From a virus (Duplodnaviria > Caudoviricetes): 64,000 bases of DNA. The position numbers and the translations under genes were made by a program. Numbering within the stretch: position 1 is the first letter of the stretch; each line of letters begins with the position of its first letter. The stretch is from the IMG/VR virus record IMGVR_UViG_3300043468_001158; one strand, written 5' to 3'. Shown piece by piece: positions 20,923 through 31,807 of the stretch. The notes beneath the pieces were generated by a model. It was not told the origin of the DNA. It was given only the letters and a program-made list of their open reading frames with translations, and ran no database searches.

Positions 20923-22161
20923 TTATCCTTTATAATGCGAATTGCGATTTTTGTTTGCGGGTCTAACGAAAGGTTCATGCGATGGAACAATAGATGCACC
21001 CGATGCTTCTTGTGCACATTCACCTGCTGCAGCGGGTCCACCTGGTAAGATACGTTCGTCTTTGTCAGCATCGGTTGGCGTTGTTTCTACTGCCGCAGTA
21101 ATCTTACTTCCTTGCATAGCAAATAAACCCAAACTTTTGATATCAACTGTGTCACCAGTCAAACGGGTTTTTGTACCAACTAAGTCTAATGTACATCCTG
21201 TCGCAGCAAGAGTTGCTCCGGCTTTAATATGTACATTCCCACCCTGAACCCTAGTATCTGCTTCGCTTTTGATGTTGATACCAGTCTTTGCTTCAAGATT
21301 AATGTTACGACCTGCCGCTAAGTTAATGTCTTCTTCTGCTCGCACTGAGATAGACTTTGCCCCATACATATGAATGTGTCCGTCTTCATCAAGTTCTACC
21401 CAAGTATTACCTGAAGCAGTTGATATGTAGATACGTTCGTTAGTATCGTCAAGAATGATTTGATTGCCTTCACAAGTCTTGACTCTTATTCGACAGTTAT
21501 CAGCAGTGTCGTTCATTGTGATGACATGATGACCTGGAGTTACCCAACAATAAGTTTGCGGGTCAAGATACTCAGTTGGGTCAGCCGCTGCCGGTGCATA
21601 TCCTTCATTCCCGTCTGGGTGAAGTTTTGGTTGGGCAACTTGTCGTTCACTTACCCCACGAGTTTGAGCGATTGGATTACTTACGTCTCCATTGAAAGCT
21701 GCACGTAAGTTAGAGTAAGCAGGTTCCAGAGGGTCATACGAGTCGGTAAACGGGCCAACTGTTGTTTCATCAGGTTTCTTATTTCTTCCAGAAGGTAGTC
21801 CTCTATTTCGATGTAAGTCATACGCCGCAGCAAAGAAGAACCTTCGATTAGGATTACCATTCAGAAGAAAGACTAACACTTGAGAATTGAGTTTAGGTAA
21901 GCAATAGAAACCATAAGGTACAGGTCCTTTAGGTGCTTTTCTATTTCGACCAGCTGGGAAGTCATTAGTAACTCCACCAAAAGGTGCTGCATATTCTGCC
22001 CAAGGTAATTGGCTAATATTATAAGACTCACCATCTAAAGCTGGACACCATACTTTCATTCTTCCCATTTGATTTGGGTCGTCCGTATCCATCACGAAAC
22101 CATTAGTGATAAATGGAAAATGATTTTGATATCGATTTAGGATTGATTTATTAGTTTGCAT
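20923..22161 (-). CDS. gp5: Baseplate central spike, gp5/VgrG-like (OB fold plus beta-helix)
   Basis: GFVMDTDDPNQMGRMKVWCPAL OB-fold motif, followed by GHHVITMND/GNQIILDD/GNTWVELD beta-helix repeats. No lysozyme domain visible. Confidence 0.8.
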   Translation of the reverse strand: MQTNKSILNRYQNHFPFITNGFVMDTDDPNQMGRMKVWCPALDGESYNISQLPWAEYAAPFGGVTNDFPAGRNRKAPKGPVPYGFYCLPKLNSQVLVFLLNGNPNRRFFFAAAYDLHRNRGLPSGRNKKPDETTVGPFTDSYDPLEPAYSNLRAAFNGDVSNPIAQTRGVSERQVAQPKLHPDGNEGYAPAAADPTEYLDPQTYCWVTPGHHVITMNDTADNCRIRVKTCEGNQIILDDTNERIYISTASGNTWVELDEDGHIHMYGAKSISVRAEEDINLAAGRNINLEAKTGINIKSEADTRVQGGNVHIKAGATLAATGCTLDLVGTKTRLTGDTVDIKSLGLFAMQGSKITAAVETTPTDADKDERILPGGPAAAGECAQEASGASIVPSHEPFVRPANKNRNSHYKG

Positions 22162-24217
22162 TATTCACACCTTCTTGTGCCTTTAGCGTACTTATTGCAC
22201 CATAATTATGTTGCATTATTAGTATAAGTTCTTGCGTAAAATCACTTCCGCTAAAAGTATGAACAACTGATTGTATCATATACCAATCATCATAAAATAG
22301 TTTGACTTTGTATTCATCTACATTACCTTCTTGGTTGAATGGATAATCTCGTGGTCCATATACATTCACTTTAGCGAATTGGGTTTCTCCTAAAAACTTC
22401 TTATCAATCATTTGACGTTCAACAAACTTACGATGTTCAAGATGAGCTTGAACAATACTTCCATTTCCAGTTGCAGCGGTTTCATTCTTAGGGTCGTATT
22501 CCCATTTAGATAATTTGTCAATATAAGATGCATCGCCATTTTCAATATAGTCTTTGACCGAAGTAGTAATTTTTGGAACAGGAGCAATTGCTTCAACTAC
22601 GAAGTTAGAAAATAAGTTAGGGTTTCCTCGAATTTTGACACTTGTTGTTCCCATTGCAAAATGCATATCTGCCAAAGTTTGATGAAATGCTTGCGCATTT
22701 TTAAATACTTCTTTTGCTAATGGATTATTCGTAGGTGCAACATCTGCCTGATTAGAACGTTGAGTAGTTGTTTTTGGCGGTAGATACATAGGCTGATTTT
22801 TACCAGGATTCCCAACGAATGTTTTCTTATCAACTTCAGGAGAAAGTTTATCTTTCTTCTTTTGAGATTGGCTTGTAATATCTTTTCCTGTTTCATAAGG
22901 CGCACCTGATGATGTTTCAAGTCCTACAAATAAATTATCTATTTTGATGTTGAAGTCTAATACGTCAGGATTATGTCCTGAATAAAGATAGTCAAATTCA
23001 ATTGAACCGTCAGGATTTTTTGCATCTCGTTCCGGTCCGGTTCTTGTGCCTTCACTTACTTTCTTTTGGTCGGCATCTGGGTTTGGCATCTTATACTGTA
23101 TTACATCAAAATGTATAACCATTTCTTCTTCATTTGAAGAAACTGATTGATTGATTTTGAATTTAGTTATTTCATCAACCTTTGATATTTGACTAGCCAT
23201 ACCTGTAACTTCAGGACACAATTTCAGTAAGTTTTCTAAGATTTGTTTGACGTCATTAGAAATTTGAGATGAATATACTCCGCTATTTGCCTTATTATCT
23301 TCCATCGATTTTTGAACTTTAGCATACTCTTCTTCAGCCGCCGCTTTTGAACCGTCTCCATAAAAGATGGTTTCTGGAGTTCTATCATTAGTAGCACATA
23401 CTGTAAGATAGAACCAATTAGGTGGAATAGTAATCATATAACGAATGATGCGACCTTTTCTTTCAGTCTTATCTTTCTTTTCGACGGGTTGTCCAGCTTC
23501 ATCACGAGGTTTACTAACAGGATTAGCTTTTAGATACCATTCACGTGCAGCAACATTTAGTTGGTTTTCAATTGCTTGAACAGCCGTTCCAAGTAACGAG
23601 TTTTCGAACTTGACAGAAAGAACTTTTGGTATTTCTGACATTTGCGGCATTTGGCCGATACCCATAGTCTGAGCACAAAAGCCCATATCATAAACAGCAC
23701 CACGAGTTGTGTATTCTGATAAAGTAAACTCTCCACCCATTATCATAGGAATACCAACCGTTGACACATGTTCAGTTGTTCCAGTATCAGTATGTCCAAT
23801 GAAGGTGATATGTAAACAAAAGACTAATCCACTCCCATCCGTTTTTAGCTTATCAAAAGTAAGGTATCTAAAGTAATTGAAGAACCCAACACCGGATGGG
23901 TCAACAACTTGAATATGAATAAGCCCTTCATTAGTAAGGGTTTGTCCAGCATATTCACCTGAAGCATTCACGAGAGTAGTAAAGGTCACATTAGCAATTG
24001 AGAACTCTGATGTCTTTCTTGAGTCAACAAGTAGATAAACACCTCCACCTATATCATCTCCTAGCTTCTTCCCTGTAACATTTGCTAGGAACCCTACCCC
24101 ATCTGGTTTGCTAGGTGCTAGATATGGTTGAAATGCTTCTGAATTACTCGCAACGGTCATAATGTAATGGATACTATGTGACCTATACTTGTCTAATGGA
24201 TTTGCTGGGATGCTCAT
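22151..24217 (-). CDS. Baseplate hub protein (gp27-like, by position)
   Basis: 688 aa between the gp53-like and gp5-like genes. C-terminal VKIRGNP...YMIQSVVHTFSGSDFTQEL resembles gp27/late-control-D hubs. Confidence 0.6.
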   Translation of the reverse strand: MSIPANPLDKYRSHSIHYIMTVASNSEAFQPYLAPSKPDGVGFLANVTGKKLGDDIGGGVYLLVDSRKTSEFSIANVTFTTLVNASGEYAGQTLTNEGLIHIQVVDPSGVGFFNYFRYLTFDKLKTDGSGLVFCLHITFIGHTDTGTTEHVSTVGIPMIMGGEFTLSEYTTRGAVYDMGFCAQTMGIGQMPQMSEIPKVLSVKFENSLLGTAVQAIENQLNVAAREWYLKANPVSKPRDEAGQPVEKKDKTERKGRIIRYMITIPPNWFYLTVCATNDRTPETIFYGDGSKAAAEEEYAKVQKSMEDNKANSGVYSSQISNDVKQILENLLKLCPEVTGMASQISKVDEITKFKINQSVSSNEEEMVIHFDVIQYKMPNPDADQKKVSEGTRTGPERDAKNPDGSIEFDYLYSGHNPDVLDFNIKIDNLFVGLETSSGAPYETGKDITSQSQKKKDKLSPEVDKKTFVGNPGKNQPMYLPPKTTTQRSNQADVAPTNNPLAKEVFKNAQAFHQTLADMHFAMGTTSVKIRGNPNLFSNFVVEAIAPVPKITTSVKDYIENGDASYIDKLSKWEYDPKNETAATGNGSIVQAHLEHRKFVERQMIDKKFLGETQFAKVNVYGPRDYPFNQEGNVDEYKVKLFYDDWYMIQSVVHTFSGSDFTQELILIMQHNYGAISTLKAQEGVNNAN

Positions 24218-24222
24218 ATGTA

Positions 24223-24597
24223 TTATAGGACTAATGGAGGGAGGATAGCTTCGCTACTTCTAGCACTATCTATTCCTCCAACTTTTTGGGTCAATAAGAG
24301 TTGAACTCGTTCGTTTGATGGTATCGTTAGCACACGACCGATGAAAGCTTCTTCATACGGGTCTAATAAGTAGTTGTATTGAGCAATGACCCACCATAAC
24401 CCCGGGTCATTGTAGAACCCATAAGCTACTTTGTCTAATCTTCCAGCAGTCGTTTCATTGATAGTATAGAGAACATCACTTGCTTCATCCACTGGGAAAT
24501 TGAAACGACCCCACCATTCTAAACCAATAGGACCGACTTCAGTTAGACCACCTTGAACAAATCGTGATAATTTTTGTTGAACACTTGATGTTGTCAT
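24223..24597 (-). CDS. gp53: Baseplate wedge protein gp53-like (LysM-like)
   Basis: GRLDKVAYGFYNDPGLWWVIAQYN motif. Confidence 0.75.
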   Translation of the reverse strand: MTTSSVQQKLSRFVQGGLTEVGPIGLEWWGRFNFPVDEASDVLYTINETTAGRLDKVAYGFYNDPGLWWVIAQYNYLLDPYEEAFIGRVLTIPSNERVQLLLTQKVGGIDSARSSEAILPPLVL

Positions 24598-26030
24598 TAA
24601 TTACTTTGACCTCTACTGAAAGCCTTAGGAATAGTTTTTTCTGCTGTTGCTGAGTCTATGACTGAGTCTACAAAATCTTTACCTTCATAAAATCCTAAAG
24701 TGCTAACTGCTTTTTTCAAAGTCGAGGTTGAACTATTCTTTTCTATGATTGCTTTTGCTTTTTGTTCTAATTGTTCTTTACCCCAAGAGCCGAGTGATGT
24801 CGTTGCTTCAGACTTAGCAGTCGACGCATTTGTAGCTGCTGGTGAAGTCGGTGTAACACCTGAAGAATTAGCTGGTGTTGGTGCCGCATCAATTCCTTTT
24901 GGAGTTTCTGCAGGTTTAGCAGTTGGTTCTCCAGCTGAAGGAGTTGCTCTCGAACCATCATAAGCACCTTTCATATCACCTTTCTTGTAAGCACTTAAAC
25001 TAAATCCACTATATTCTCGTGGCGACCAAGCTTCTTTCAATGATATGCTTACGTTCATAATAACAGGAAATGCTTGACCATCTGATGTATGTAAGTAATC
25101 AACATCATTAGGCCAATCAATGTTTAGCTGTGTCAAAACGACTGAAATGTTTCCAATGTTCTTACTGCCATACGCATTCAGTTCTAATAAGTCAGGTGGT
25201 GCTCCTAACATATTCCTATTCTCTGCTTCAGTTCCATAACCATAATATGGCATCAACCAGCTTCGTAATACATTGAGCACTCGTTGGTTTTCAGTTGCTT
25301 CAGAAATGTTTCGTGAAATTAGTTTGATTGAACCAATAGACCAACCTCTCGCTGCAGTATGATTATACTTCAACATCGAACCAGGATGATGAGCAGGTGT
25401 CACATCATCATACATTGCACCACGTTCTTCAGAAATAGTTGGAGTCACATTGAAATAGACAATCTCACCACTTGTAATAGACTTTAGCTCAACTCCTTGA
25501 CGTTTAGGACCACCTGCGTCTGAAGCAATTCCGCTACTCAATAAGGCTGAAGTCACATCAGTCGAACCGATAATCTTATCCACAAAACCAGGTTTCAAAC
25601 TATCAAAATTGAGTGAGTCTCCAATTCCCTTGATAGCATTCTCAGTTACCGATGAAAAGTTTCCGTTAGTCAATGATTTGAACGATTGAGGTATCATATT
25701 GTTTAAAGCATCGCTACTTCCTAATGCACCAGAAATCATATGCCCTGGAGTATTAGAATCGCCTGAAAAGAAGTCACCGATGTTGTCCATCATTTTAGAT
25801 GCACCCCATTTGATTTGACTTGCAACTTCACCAAGCTTTTCGAAAGGCTGTGTCAAGTCAGACATGCTCGGTAATGAAGGCAGGTCACTTTTTATTGCAT
25901 CCCACGTAGAACCGGTGCCGTTATTTGCCGCATGCCAAGCCCTTGCTTGTTCAATAGTATATGCCTGACCATTAGGTCTATTGATTTGACTAGTCGGATA
26001 GATTGGTGGAAAAGAAGCATCCCAAGTCAT
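24597..26030 (-). CDS. Baseplate-tail tube initiator (gp48/gp54-like)
   Basis: VYFNVTPTISEERGAMY...MLKYNHTAARGWSI and VVLTQLNIDWPND...PVIMNVSISLKE resemble tube-initiator folds; Ser/Thr/Ala-rich C-terminal tail. Confidence 0.6.
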   Translation of the reverse strand: MTWDASFPPIYPTSQINRPNGQAYTIEQARAWHAANNGTGSTWDAIKSDLPSLPSMSDLTQPFEKLGEVASQIKWGASKMMDNIGDFFSGDSNTPGHMISGALGSSDALNNMIPQSFKSLTNGNFSSVTENAIKGIGDSLNFDSLKPGFVDKIIGSTDVTSALLSSGIASDAGGPKRQGVELKSITSGEIVYFNVTPTISEERGAMYDDVTPAHHPGSMLKYNHTAARGWSIGSIKLISRNISEATENQRVLNVLRSWLMPYYGYGTEAENRNMLGAPPDLLELNAYGSKNIGNISVVLTQLNIDWPNDVDYLHTSDGQAFPVIMNVSISLKEAWSPREYSGFSLSAYKKGDMKGAYDGSRATPSAGEPTAKPAETPKGIDAAPTPANSSGVTPTSPAATNASTAKSEATTSLGSWGKEQLEQKAKAIIEKNSSTSTLKKAVSTLGFYEGKDFVDSVIDSATAEKTIPKAFSRGQSN

Positions 26031-26033
26031 AAC

Positions 26034-26765
26034 TTATTCCCCTTCGTTATCGTCAGTAAACCCAAATGACTTTTGAAGTTTCTTGAACATTAATCGTGCA
26101 AGTGTCTTATTATGTTCTAAACCAACAATAGTTGCAAATTCGTCTTCATACCCAAGCTCTACCGCTCGACGTGCAACTGAACCACTTATCTCGTCATCAT
26201 TCAAGTTCCCTGACGTATGTAGTTTTTCCATTGCTCTATCTAAAGCGGATTGCTTATCAGCTTTCTTGGTCTCAACCGCATCGTCCGTTCTATCAAGCCC
26301 TGGAATGATGATATGTTCAATAGGCTTATCATCTTCAGTCTTGAAGCCTTTGTCTAACATATCTTTATAACCCTTAGCCCTGTCAGAACCCGCACCAATT
26401 GCAATCGGTTCGAACCCTGCATCACGAATAGCACCAAGTGCAAAGAACGCACTTTTAGAAGTCAAGAACTCTACACCGTTAGCCTTACCTGATGCTTGCA
26501 TATAAGTAATACGTTCATCAGCGGTAAGGGGGTTTTTCTTCTTATCTAAAGATGACTTCTCGCCAGCAATCACAACAACTACAGGTTTAGCTTCAATGTC
26601 TAAATGAGGGTTCTTACGAATGAACTCTTTCATTTTGTTGATTACTTTATAGTGGCCTTGAGTGGGCGGATTTAGTCTGCCTATCATAAACGCCACTCTT
26701 TTATTCTGCATTGGTGGCAAAGCTTCAAATAGGAATTCTTCTTCTGTTTCGTTTAGTAATGACAT
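26034..26765 (-). CDS. Cytidylyltransferase-like (HIGH-superfamily) nucleotidyltransferase
   Basis: GRLNPPTQGHYKVI (HIGH-like), KKKNPLTADER, AGSDR and ISGSVARRA motifs as in the T4-like phage cytidylyltransferase family. Late promoter at 26800-26805. Confidence 0.8.
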   Translation of the reverse strand: MSLLNETEEEFLFEALPPMQNKRVAFMIGRLNPPTQGHYKVINKMKEFIRKNPHLDIEAKPVVVVIAGEKSSLDKKKNPLTADERITYMQASGKANGVEFLTSKSAFFALGAIRDAGFEPIAIGAGSDRAKGYKDMLDKGFKTEDDKPIEHIIIPGLDRTDDAVETKKADKQSALDRAMEKLHTSGNLNDDEISGSVARRAVELGYEDEFATIVGLEHNKTLARLMFKKLQKSFGFTDDNEGE

Positions 26766-26910
26766 ATTGTTAATTCACACTTATTTTGGAGTATAGAACT
26801 ATTTATCATTCAACAAAGAATGAAAAAATTACACAAAATATCAAAATAGTGATATAATTGATTAGTGGTCATTTATAACAGCACTAACCTTACAAGGGAG
26901 TTCCAATCAA

Positions 26911-27474
26911 ATGACCAAATCAATTTTAATTTTTGAACCTAATTCTAACGATACACCTTTAGAAGAACCAACAGCTTTAGAACCTCAGATAGAACAAAAA
27001 ACAAAGAAAGAAAAACCACCTAAACCTCCAAAATTCAAACGTCCAAAGGCAACTTCTACTGAAGGGCATTATGTAACCAATGCCGTCTTATTGCCTGAAA
27101 TGCTCCGTGCTAAAGCTCTCGGCCGAGTAACACCCGAACTCGCCGAAATGTTTTTGAAGATTGCTACTCGTTATTCAATGAGTAAGAATTATGCTCATCT
27201 ATCATCTATTCGTGATGATATGATTTCCAATGCAGTTCTCAATCTACTTCAAAACGGTCTCAAATTCAACCCTGAAAAATCTAGTAATCCATTCAGTTAT
27301 ACTACGCAATGTTGTTATCATAGTTTCTTAATGGTTATTGCAGAAGAAAAGAAACAACGCGAAATTCGAGATACATTACTTTTAGATAATGGAGTAAATG
27401 CATCGCTTGGACATATGGAAAAAGAACACGATAGTTATCGCGAAAAACATGCGGAGTTCTTTGATAATGAGTAA
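26911..27474 (+). CDS. gp55: Late-transcription sigma factor, T4 gp55-like
   Basis: HYVTNAVLL...RDDMISNAV...KFNPEKSSNPFSYTTQCCYHSFL...EKKQREIR; directly upstream of gp47/gp46 as in T4-like phages. Confidence 0.9.
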   Translation: MTKSILIFEPNSNDTPLEEPTALEPQIEQKTKKEKPPKPPKFKRPKATSTEGHYVTNAVLLPEMLRAKALGRVTPELAEMFLKIATRYSMSKNYAHLSSIRDDMISNAVLNLLQNGLKFNPEKSSNPFSYTTQCCYHSFLMVIAEEKKQREIRDTLLLDNGVNASLGHMEKEHDSYREKHAEFFDNE

Positions 27475-28552
27475 TGATATTGCTTTCATTGACATTTGTA
27501 CAGAATACGGTATTCATATTTCATCAATCAGTAAAATTGCAATGTTTACTGATATTCATTGGGGAAATCATCATAATTCAGTTCAACATAATATAGATTG
27601 TGCAACTTATATTGAATGGTTTATAAAACAAGTTGCAAAGAATGATGTTGATTGTATCTTCTTTCTTGGAGATTGGTTTGAACATCGTGGTGCAATCAAT
27701 AGTTTGACTGCACACTATTCAATTAACGCTCTTAGACGATTAAACTCGTTAGGTATTCCAATATTAATGTTAGTAGGGAATCATGATTTATATCATAGAC
27801 ATAATCGAGAAATCCATTCAGCGGAAACTTTCAAAGAATTGAACAATGTTCATATTATCGATGCTCCGGCTAAACTTAATGATATGTTATTATTGCCTTA
27901 TCTTTTCAAAGATGAATATCCATTAGTTGCACCACAAGTTAATAAATCTAAATATGTCTTTGGTCATTTTGAGTTTAGAAACTTTTATTTGACTGGTACT
28001 AATGCAAGAGCCGAACATGGATATCATCATAAATTATTTGATGGTCCAACTCATATCTTCTCTGGTCATTATCATAAAAGACAAGCAACTGATAATGTTA
28101 TCTACATAGGTAATCCGTTCGGCACTTCATATGCAGATGCTGGCGATTATGAACGAGGTTGTTGTATCTTAAATGTTAGTACAGCTGAAGTATCTTTTAT
28201 TGATTATGAAGCAGGTCCAACTTATCTAAAAACTGAGTTAAGCTCGTTACTTGATGAATTAGTAAAACCTAAGAATAAAGCACGAGTTAGATGTTTATTA
28301 GATGTGGAAGTAACTTACTCTGAAGCTCAAGCACTAAAGCAAGAGTTTATGGAGTTATACGACTTACGTGAGTTAATACTTGAAGAAAATGTCAAAGAAC
28401 AACAAGCGGCTCTTGAAGAAAGTATTGCTGAGCTTGAAGAATTAGACTTAAGTTCTTTAGATGAAACTGTTATGAAACTTATTGAAACTGGGGTTCAAGC
28501 AACATCAACTATTAACCCTACCACATTAGTATCAATCTACAAACTATTATAG
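27467..28552 (+). CDS. gp47: Recombination endonuclease subunit gp47 (Mre11/SbcD-like)
   Basis: TDIHWG, FLGDWFEHR, VGNHD, GHFE and FSGHYH metallophosphoesterase motifs. Start re-called to ATG 27467, overlapping the gp55 stop. Confidence 0.9.
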   Translation: MSNDIAFIDICTEYGIHISSISKIAMFTDIHWGNHHNSVQHNIDCATYIEWFIKQVAKNDVDCIFFLGDWFEHRGAINSLTAHYSINALRRLNSLGIPILMLVGNHDLYHRHNREIHSAETFKELNNVHIIDAPAKLNDMLLLPYLFKDEYPLVAPQVNKSKYVFGHFEFRNFYLTGTNARAEHGYHHKLFDGPTHIFSGHYHKRQATDNVIYIGNPFGTSYADAGDYERGCCILNVSTAEVSFIDYEAGPTYLKTELSSLLDELVKPKNKARVRCLLDVEVTYSEAQALKQEFMELYDLRELILEENVKEQQAALEESIAELEELDLSSLDETVMKLIETGVQATSTINPTTLVSIYKLL

Positions 28553-28556
28553 AATT

Positions 28557-30308
28557 ATGCAAAGATTAAAAGCAATAAGATTACGTTTTAGAAACTTCAT
28601 GTCATTTGGTAACCAATGGACTGAAATCAATTTTGAAGACTCTACTTCTACTTTCATTTACGGAGAAAACATAGATACTAATACTAGAAATGGTGCTGGT
28701 AAAACTTCAATTCTAAATGCTATTGTATATGCCGTCTATAATCGAGCTTTTGATAATATCACCTTACCTCGACTAATCAATATCACTAATGCGGCAAAGA
28801 ATACTTTGATGGAAGTTGAGTATCTTTTTTCTAAAGGTTCTGACATATATGAAATCAAACGTAAGCGAGGTGAATCTCACGGTGTAACTTTAGAAGAAAA
28901 TGGAATTGATATTACTCCAGATAGTATTAACGAAACTGATGCATTGATAGAACGTATCTATGGTAGAAGTTATGAACTTTTTACTAGAGTAATTGTCTTT
29001 GCTGGTAATACTACGCCATTCCTTGATTTACCGGTTAGTTTGCAACGAGCTCATATTGAAGAACTATTCAACATTACAGTCTTAAGCGAAAAAGCTCAAA
29101 AGCTGAAGAAGGTTATTCAAACTAGTGAAAGTGATGCAAAGGTAGAAGAAGCCTTATTGAAAGAACGAGAAACTTCGTCAAAGCTGAAGCAGAAACGTTT
29201 AGCAGAGTTTGAACAAAAGGTCATTAGTTGGGAAGAACAGAAAGAAGCTAAGCTAATAAGTTATCGCAAGCAATTAGCTTCAGTAGAAGGCATTGACTTT
29301 ACTAATGAACGAGAACTATTTGAACGTAAGACAAAGTTGTCAGAAGAACAACAACGAACCTCTTCAACTAAGGCATCGCTAACACGAGCTAAAGAACGAC
29401 TTGATAAAGATATTGCAACACTCCTAAAACAGCAACAGCATTTGGAAGATGACAAGTGTCCGTATTGCTTACAGAACATGGCAGATGCAGCTTCTAAGCT
29501 ACATGACATTGAAGAGAAGCTGTTAGCTCTTGTTGCTTCTTTAGAAGAGCATGAAGAAAAACTAGCGACAGAAACGACTAAGCTAACTAACATCCAAGCT
29601 GAATTGAAAGAAGTCAACGAAAGTATGACATATGATAATCTTCCAGTGTTACTTGATACATTAGCAAACATGAATACCTTACAAGTTCAATTACGCGAAC
29701 TCGAACTAGCAGAAAATCCATACTTTGAAACATATGAACAAATGGAGTCAGAAGTAAATGAAAGTTCTATTAGCTATGAGAAACTAGATGAATTGAAAAG
29801 CACCATTGAACACCAACAGTTTCTTTTGAAACTTTTGACTGATAAGAATAGCTTCTTAAGACGTCGCATTATCAGTCGAACTATCCCGTTTCTAAATCTT
29901 AGAATGAATACTTATGCTAAGCAATTAGGATTACCACATGTCATACAGTTCAAAGATGATATGACTTGTATGGTGTCTCAGTATGGACGAGAACTTGATT
30001 TTGGTAACTTATCCGCTGGCGAAAAGAAACGTGTCAATCTTGCAATGTCATTAGCTTTTAGAGATGTCTTACATCATTTACATGCAAAAGATAACTTACT
30101 GTTTGTCGATGAAATTGATGCTTCGTTATGTGCATCCGGGGTTGAAAGTGTTGTTGCTTTACTAAACCAAAAGACAAAAGAAGATGAACTATCAACCTGG
30201 GTCATTATGCATCGTGAAGGTGTAGAAGATAAGTTTGATAGAAAGATGTTGGTCATAAAGGAGAATGGCTTTAGTACCGTTAGTTTGCAAAGCGAAGAGT
30301 GTAAATAG
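28557..30308 (+). CDS. gp46: Recombination ATPase gp46 (Rad50/SbcC-like)
   Basis: Walker A NGAGKT, coiled coil with CPYC zinc hook, signature LSAGEK, Walker B LFVDEID. Confidence 0.93.
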   Translation: MQRLKAIRLRFRNFMSFGNQWTEINFEDSTSTFIYGENIDTNTRNGAGKTSILNAIVYAVYNRAFDNITLPRLINITNAAKNTLMEVEYLFSKGSDIYEIKRKRGESHGVTLEENGIDITPDSINETDALIERIYGRSYELFTRVIVFAGNTTPFLDLPVSLQRAHIEELFNITVLSEKAQKLKKVIQTSESDAKVEEALLKERETSSKLKQKRLAEFEQKVISWEEQKEAKLISYRKQLASVEGIDFTNERELFERKTKLSEEQQRTSSTKASLTRAKERLDKDIATLLKQQQHLEDDKCPYCLQNMADAASKLHDIEEKLLALVASLEEHEEKLATETTKLTNIQAELKEVNESMTYDNLPVLLDTLANMNTLQVQLRELELAENPYFETYEQMESEVNESSISYEKLDELKSTIEHQQFLLKLLTDKNSFLRRRIISRTIPFLNLRMNTYAKQLGLPHVIQFKDDMTCMVSQYGRELDFGNLSAGEKKRVNLAMSLAFRDVLHHLHAKDNLLFVDEIDASLCASGVESVVALLNQKTKEDELSTWVIMHREGVEDKFDRKMLVIKENGFSTVSLQSEECK

Positions 30309-30345
30309 TAATAACTTTCCACGAATACGTACAGGATTACTTTAC

Positions 30346-30942
30346 ATGAGCATATTACAAGAACTATTAGAACTTCGCCGTCAATCACTAACTGAAGAAG
30401 GCGAACAAGAACAACAGCAAGAAGGTGGGGATAAAGAGGATGCACCTAAAGATGAACATAAAAGCATGAAAGACCATCTTCAAGATATGTTCAAAGAAGC
30501 TGATGGTAATGGCAGTCTTCAACCTTATGTAAAGAATGAAACTTTACAAGCTAAGGAAGCAAATGTTGGAGAAGAAATCCATCAAAACTTTCCTGGTGTT
30601 CCGTCAAAGAACATTGTGACAAAAGAAGGTGACTTAGTTGTTCGTGATAGCGAAAATCCAAATGCAATGAAAGTTGTTCCAAAACACGAGTTTGAAGTTG
30701 AATACGAAATCGAAAAAAGCGATAGCAAACCAGATGCAGAAGGCTATACATCATATCGTTCAAAAGGGCAAATCTTAGCATTTCAATATAACGAACATGA
30801 ACCTCTTAGACTGCAAGATGAACATGGACATACCATTCACGTAAAGTTCGGTGACTATCTCGGCTATCCAACCGATGATGCTTCAACTCTAATCCAACTT
30901 GATAAGACTCATTTTGAACAAAACTATCGATTAGCGGACTAA
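30346..30942 (+). CDS. Late protein with two PGDYG-like modules; possible head protein
   Basis: Start re-called to MSILQELLELR (ATG 30346) after TAAATA at 30302-30307. Two repeats (KEGDLVVRD...FEVEYE; KFGDYLG...FEQNY). Confidence 0.5.
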   Translation: MSILQELLELRRQSLTEEGEQEQQQEGGDKEDAPKDEHKSMKDHLQDMFKEADGNGSLQPYVKNETLQAKEANVGEEIHQNFPGVPSKNIVTKEGDLVVRDSENPNAMKVVPKHEFEVEYEIEKSDSKPDAEGYTSYRSKGQILAFQYNEHEPLRLQDEHGHTIHVKFGDYLGYPTDDASTLIQLDKTHFEQNYRLAD

Positions 30943-30943
30943 T

Positions 30944-31483
30944 ATGCAAACAGAAACTATAACAATACCTATAAAGAAGAAGCGAATAAATTCCAAAAGT
31001 AAAGGTTCTTCAAATGAACTGAAGCTCTCAAAACTTTTAGCAGAACATTTGGCACCCCTTAAATTCGTAAGAACACAACAATCTGGTGCAATTACTGGCG
31101 GAAAGAACTTTGGGTTTAGAGGACATATGTTCTCTAAGCAAACACTTGAACATTATGTTGGTGATGTAGTGCCAAGTAATGAAGAAGAAGCAGGAGTAAA
31201 GTTTCGATTTGTGATTGAGACTAAAGCATACAAAACTCCTGATAGCTTTGAGTCCCTCTTTGTCGGAAAGCATAGTGTGTATGGTTGGCTTGATGAAGTT
31301 GATGTTGATAAAGTCAAGGTCAATAAAGAAGGAATTGTGATTATGAAATGGAACAACACCCCTTACTATGCCGCAGTAAGACCTCACATTGAACTCCCAT
31401 GCAAACATATGACTTTACCATCTGGCGATAAAGTCTGTCATTTGTTAGAGCTTCTAAAACATAACTCTTTTTGGATATTGTGA
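30944..31483 (+). CDS. Holliday-junction resolvase-like PD-(D/E)XK nuclease
   Basis: INSKSKGSSNELKL...RTQQSGA...GDV...VIETKAY motif set. Confidence 0.75.
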   Translation: MQTETITIPIKKKRINSKSKGSSNELKLSKLLAEHLAPLKFVRTQQSGAITGGKNFGFRGHMFSKQTLEHYVGDVVPSNEEEAGVKFRFVIETKAYKTPDSFESLFVGKHSVYGWLDEVDVDKVKVNKEGIVIMKWNNTPYYAAVRPHIELPCKHMTLPSGDKVCHLLELLKHNSFWIL

Positions 31484-31522
31484 TATAATATAACTTCAAT
31501 AATACTTTTAGGAAATACCCAT

Positions 31523-31807
31523 ATGAACTTAAAAACTGCAAAAGCATTAAGAAAAGCTGCTCGTGTTATGGCTGCTTCTAGTGGCATTGTCTTAGACAGA
31601 CAATTGGTTGAAAACGAAAGCCGTCGCAAGTATCACTTTGAACTATTGAAAGATATTGATGGTGGTCCAATTGTTGATAGCGAAACAGGTCGTCCAAAAT
31701 ACAATGCAACGTTTGTTGCTTATGGGCAAATGACCAACGAACCTGCTTCAGTTCGCGGCACTTACCGTTCGTTAAAACGTTCTTTCAAAAACACTCCTAA
31801 TCGCTAA
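31523..31807 (+). CDS. Hypothetical basic protein (94 aa)
   Basis: ORF with GGAA RBS; no recognisable motif. Confidence 0.6.
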   Translation: MNLKTAKALRKAARVMAASSGIVLDRQLVENESRRKYHFELLKDIDGGPIVDSETGRPKYNATFVAYGQMTNEPASVRGTYRSLKRSFKNTPNR

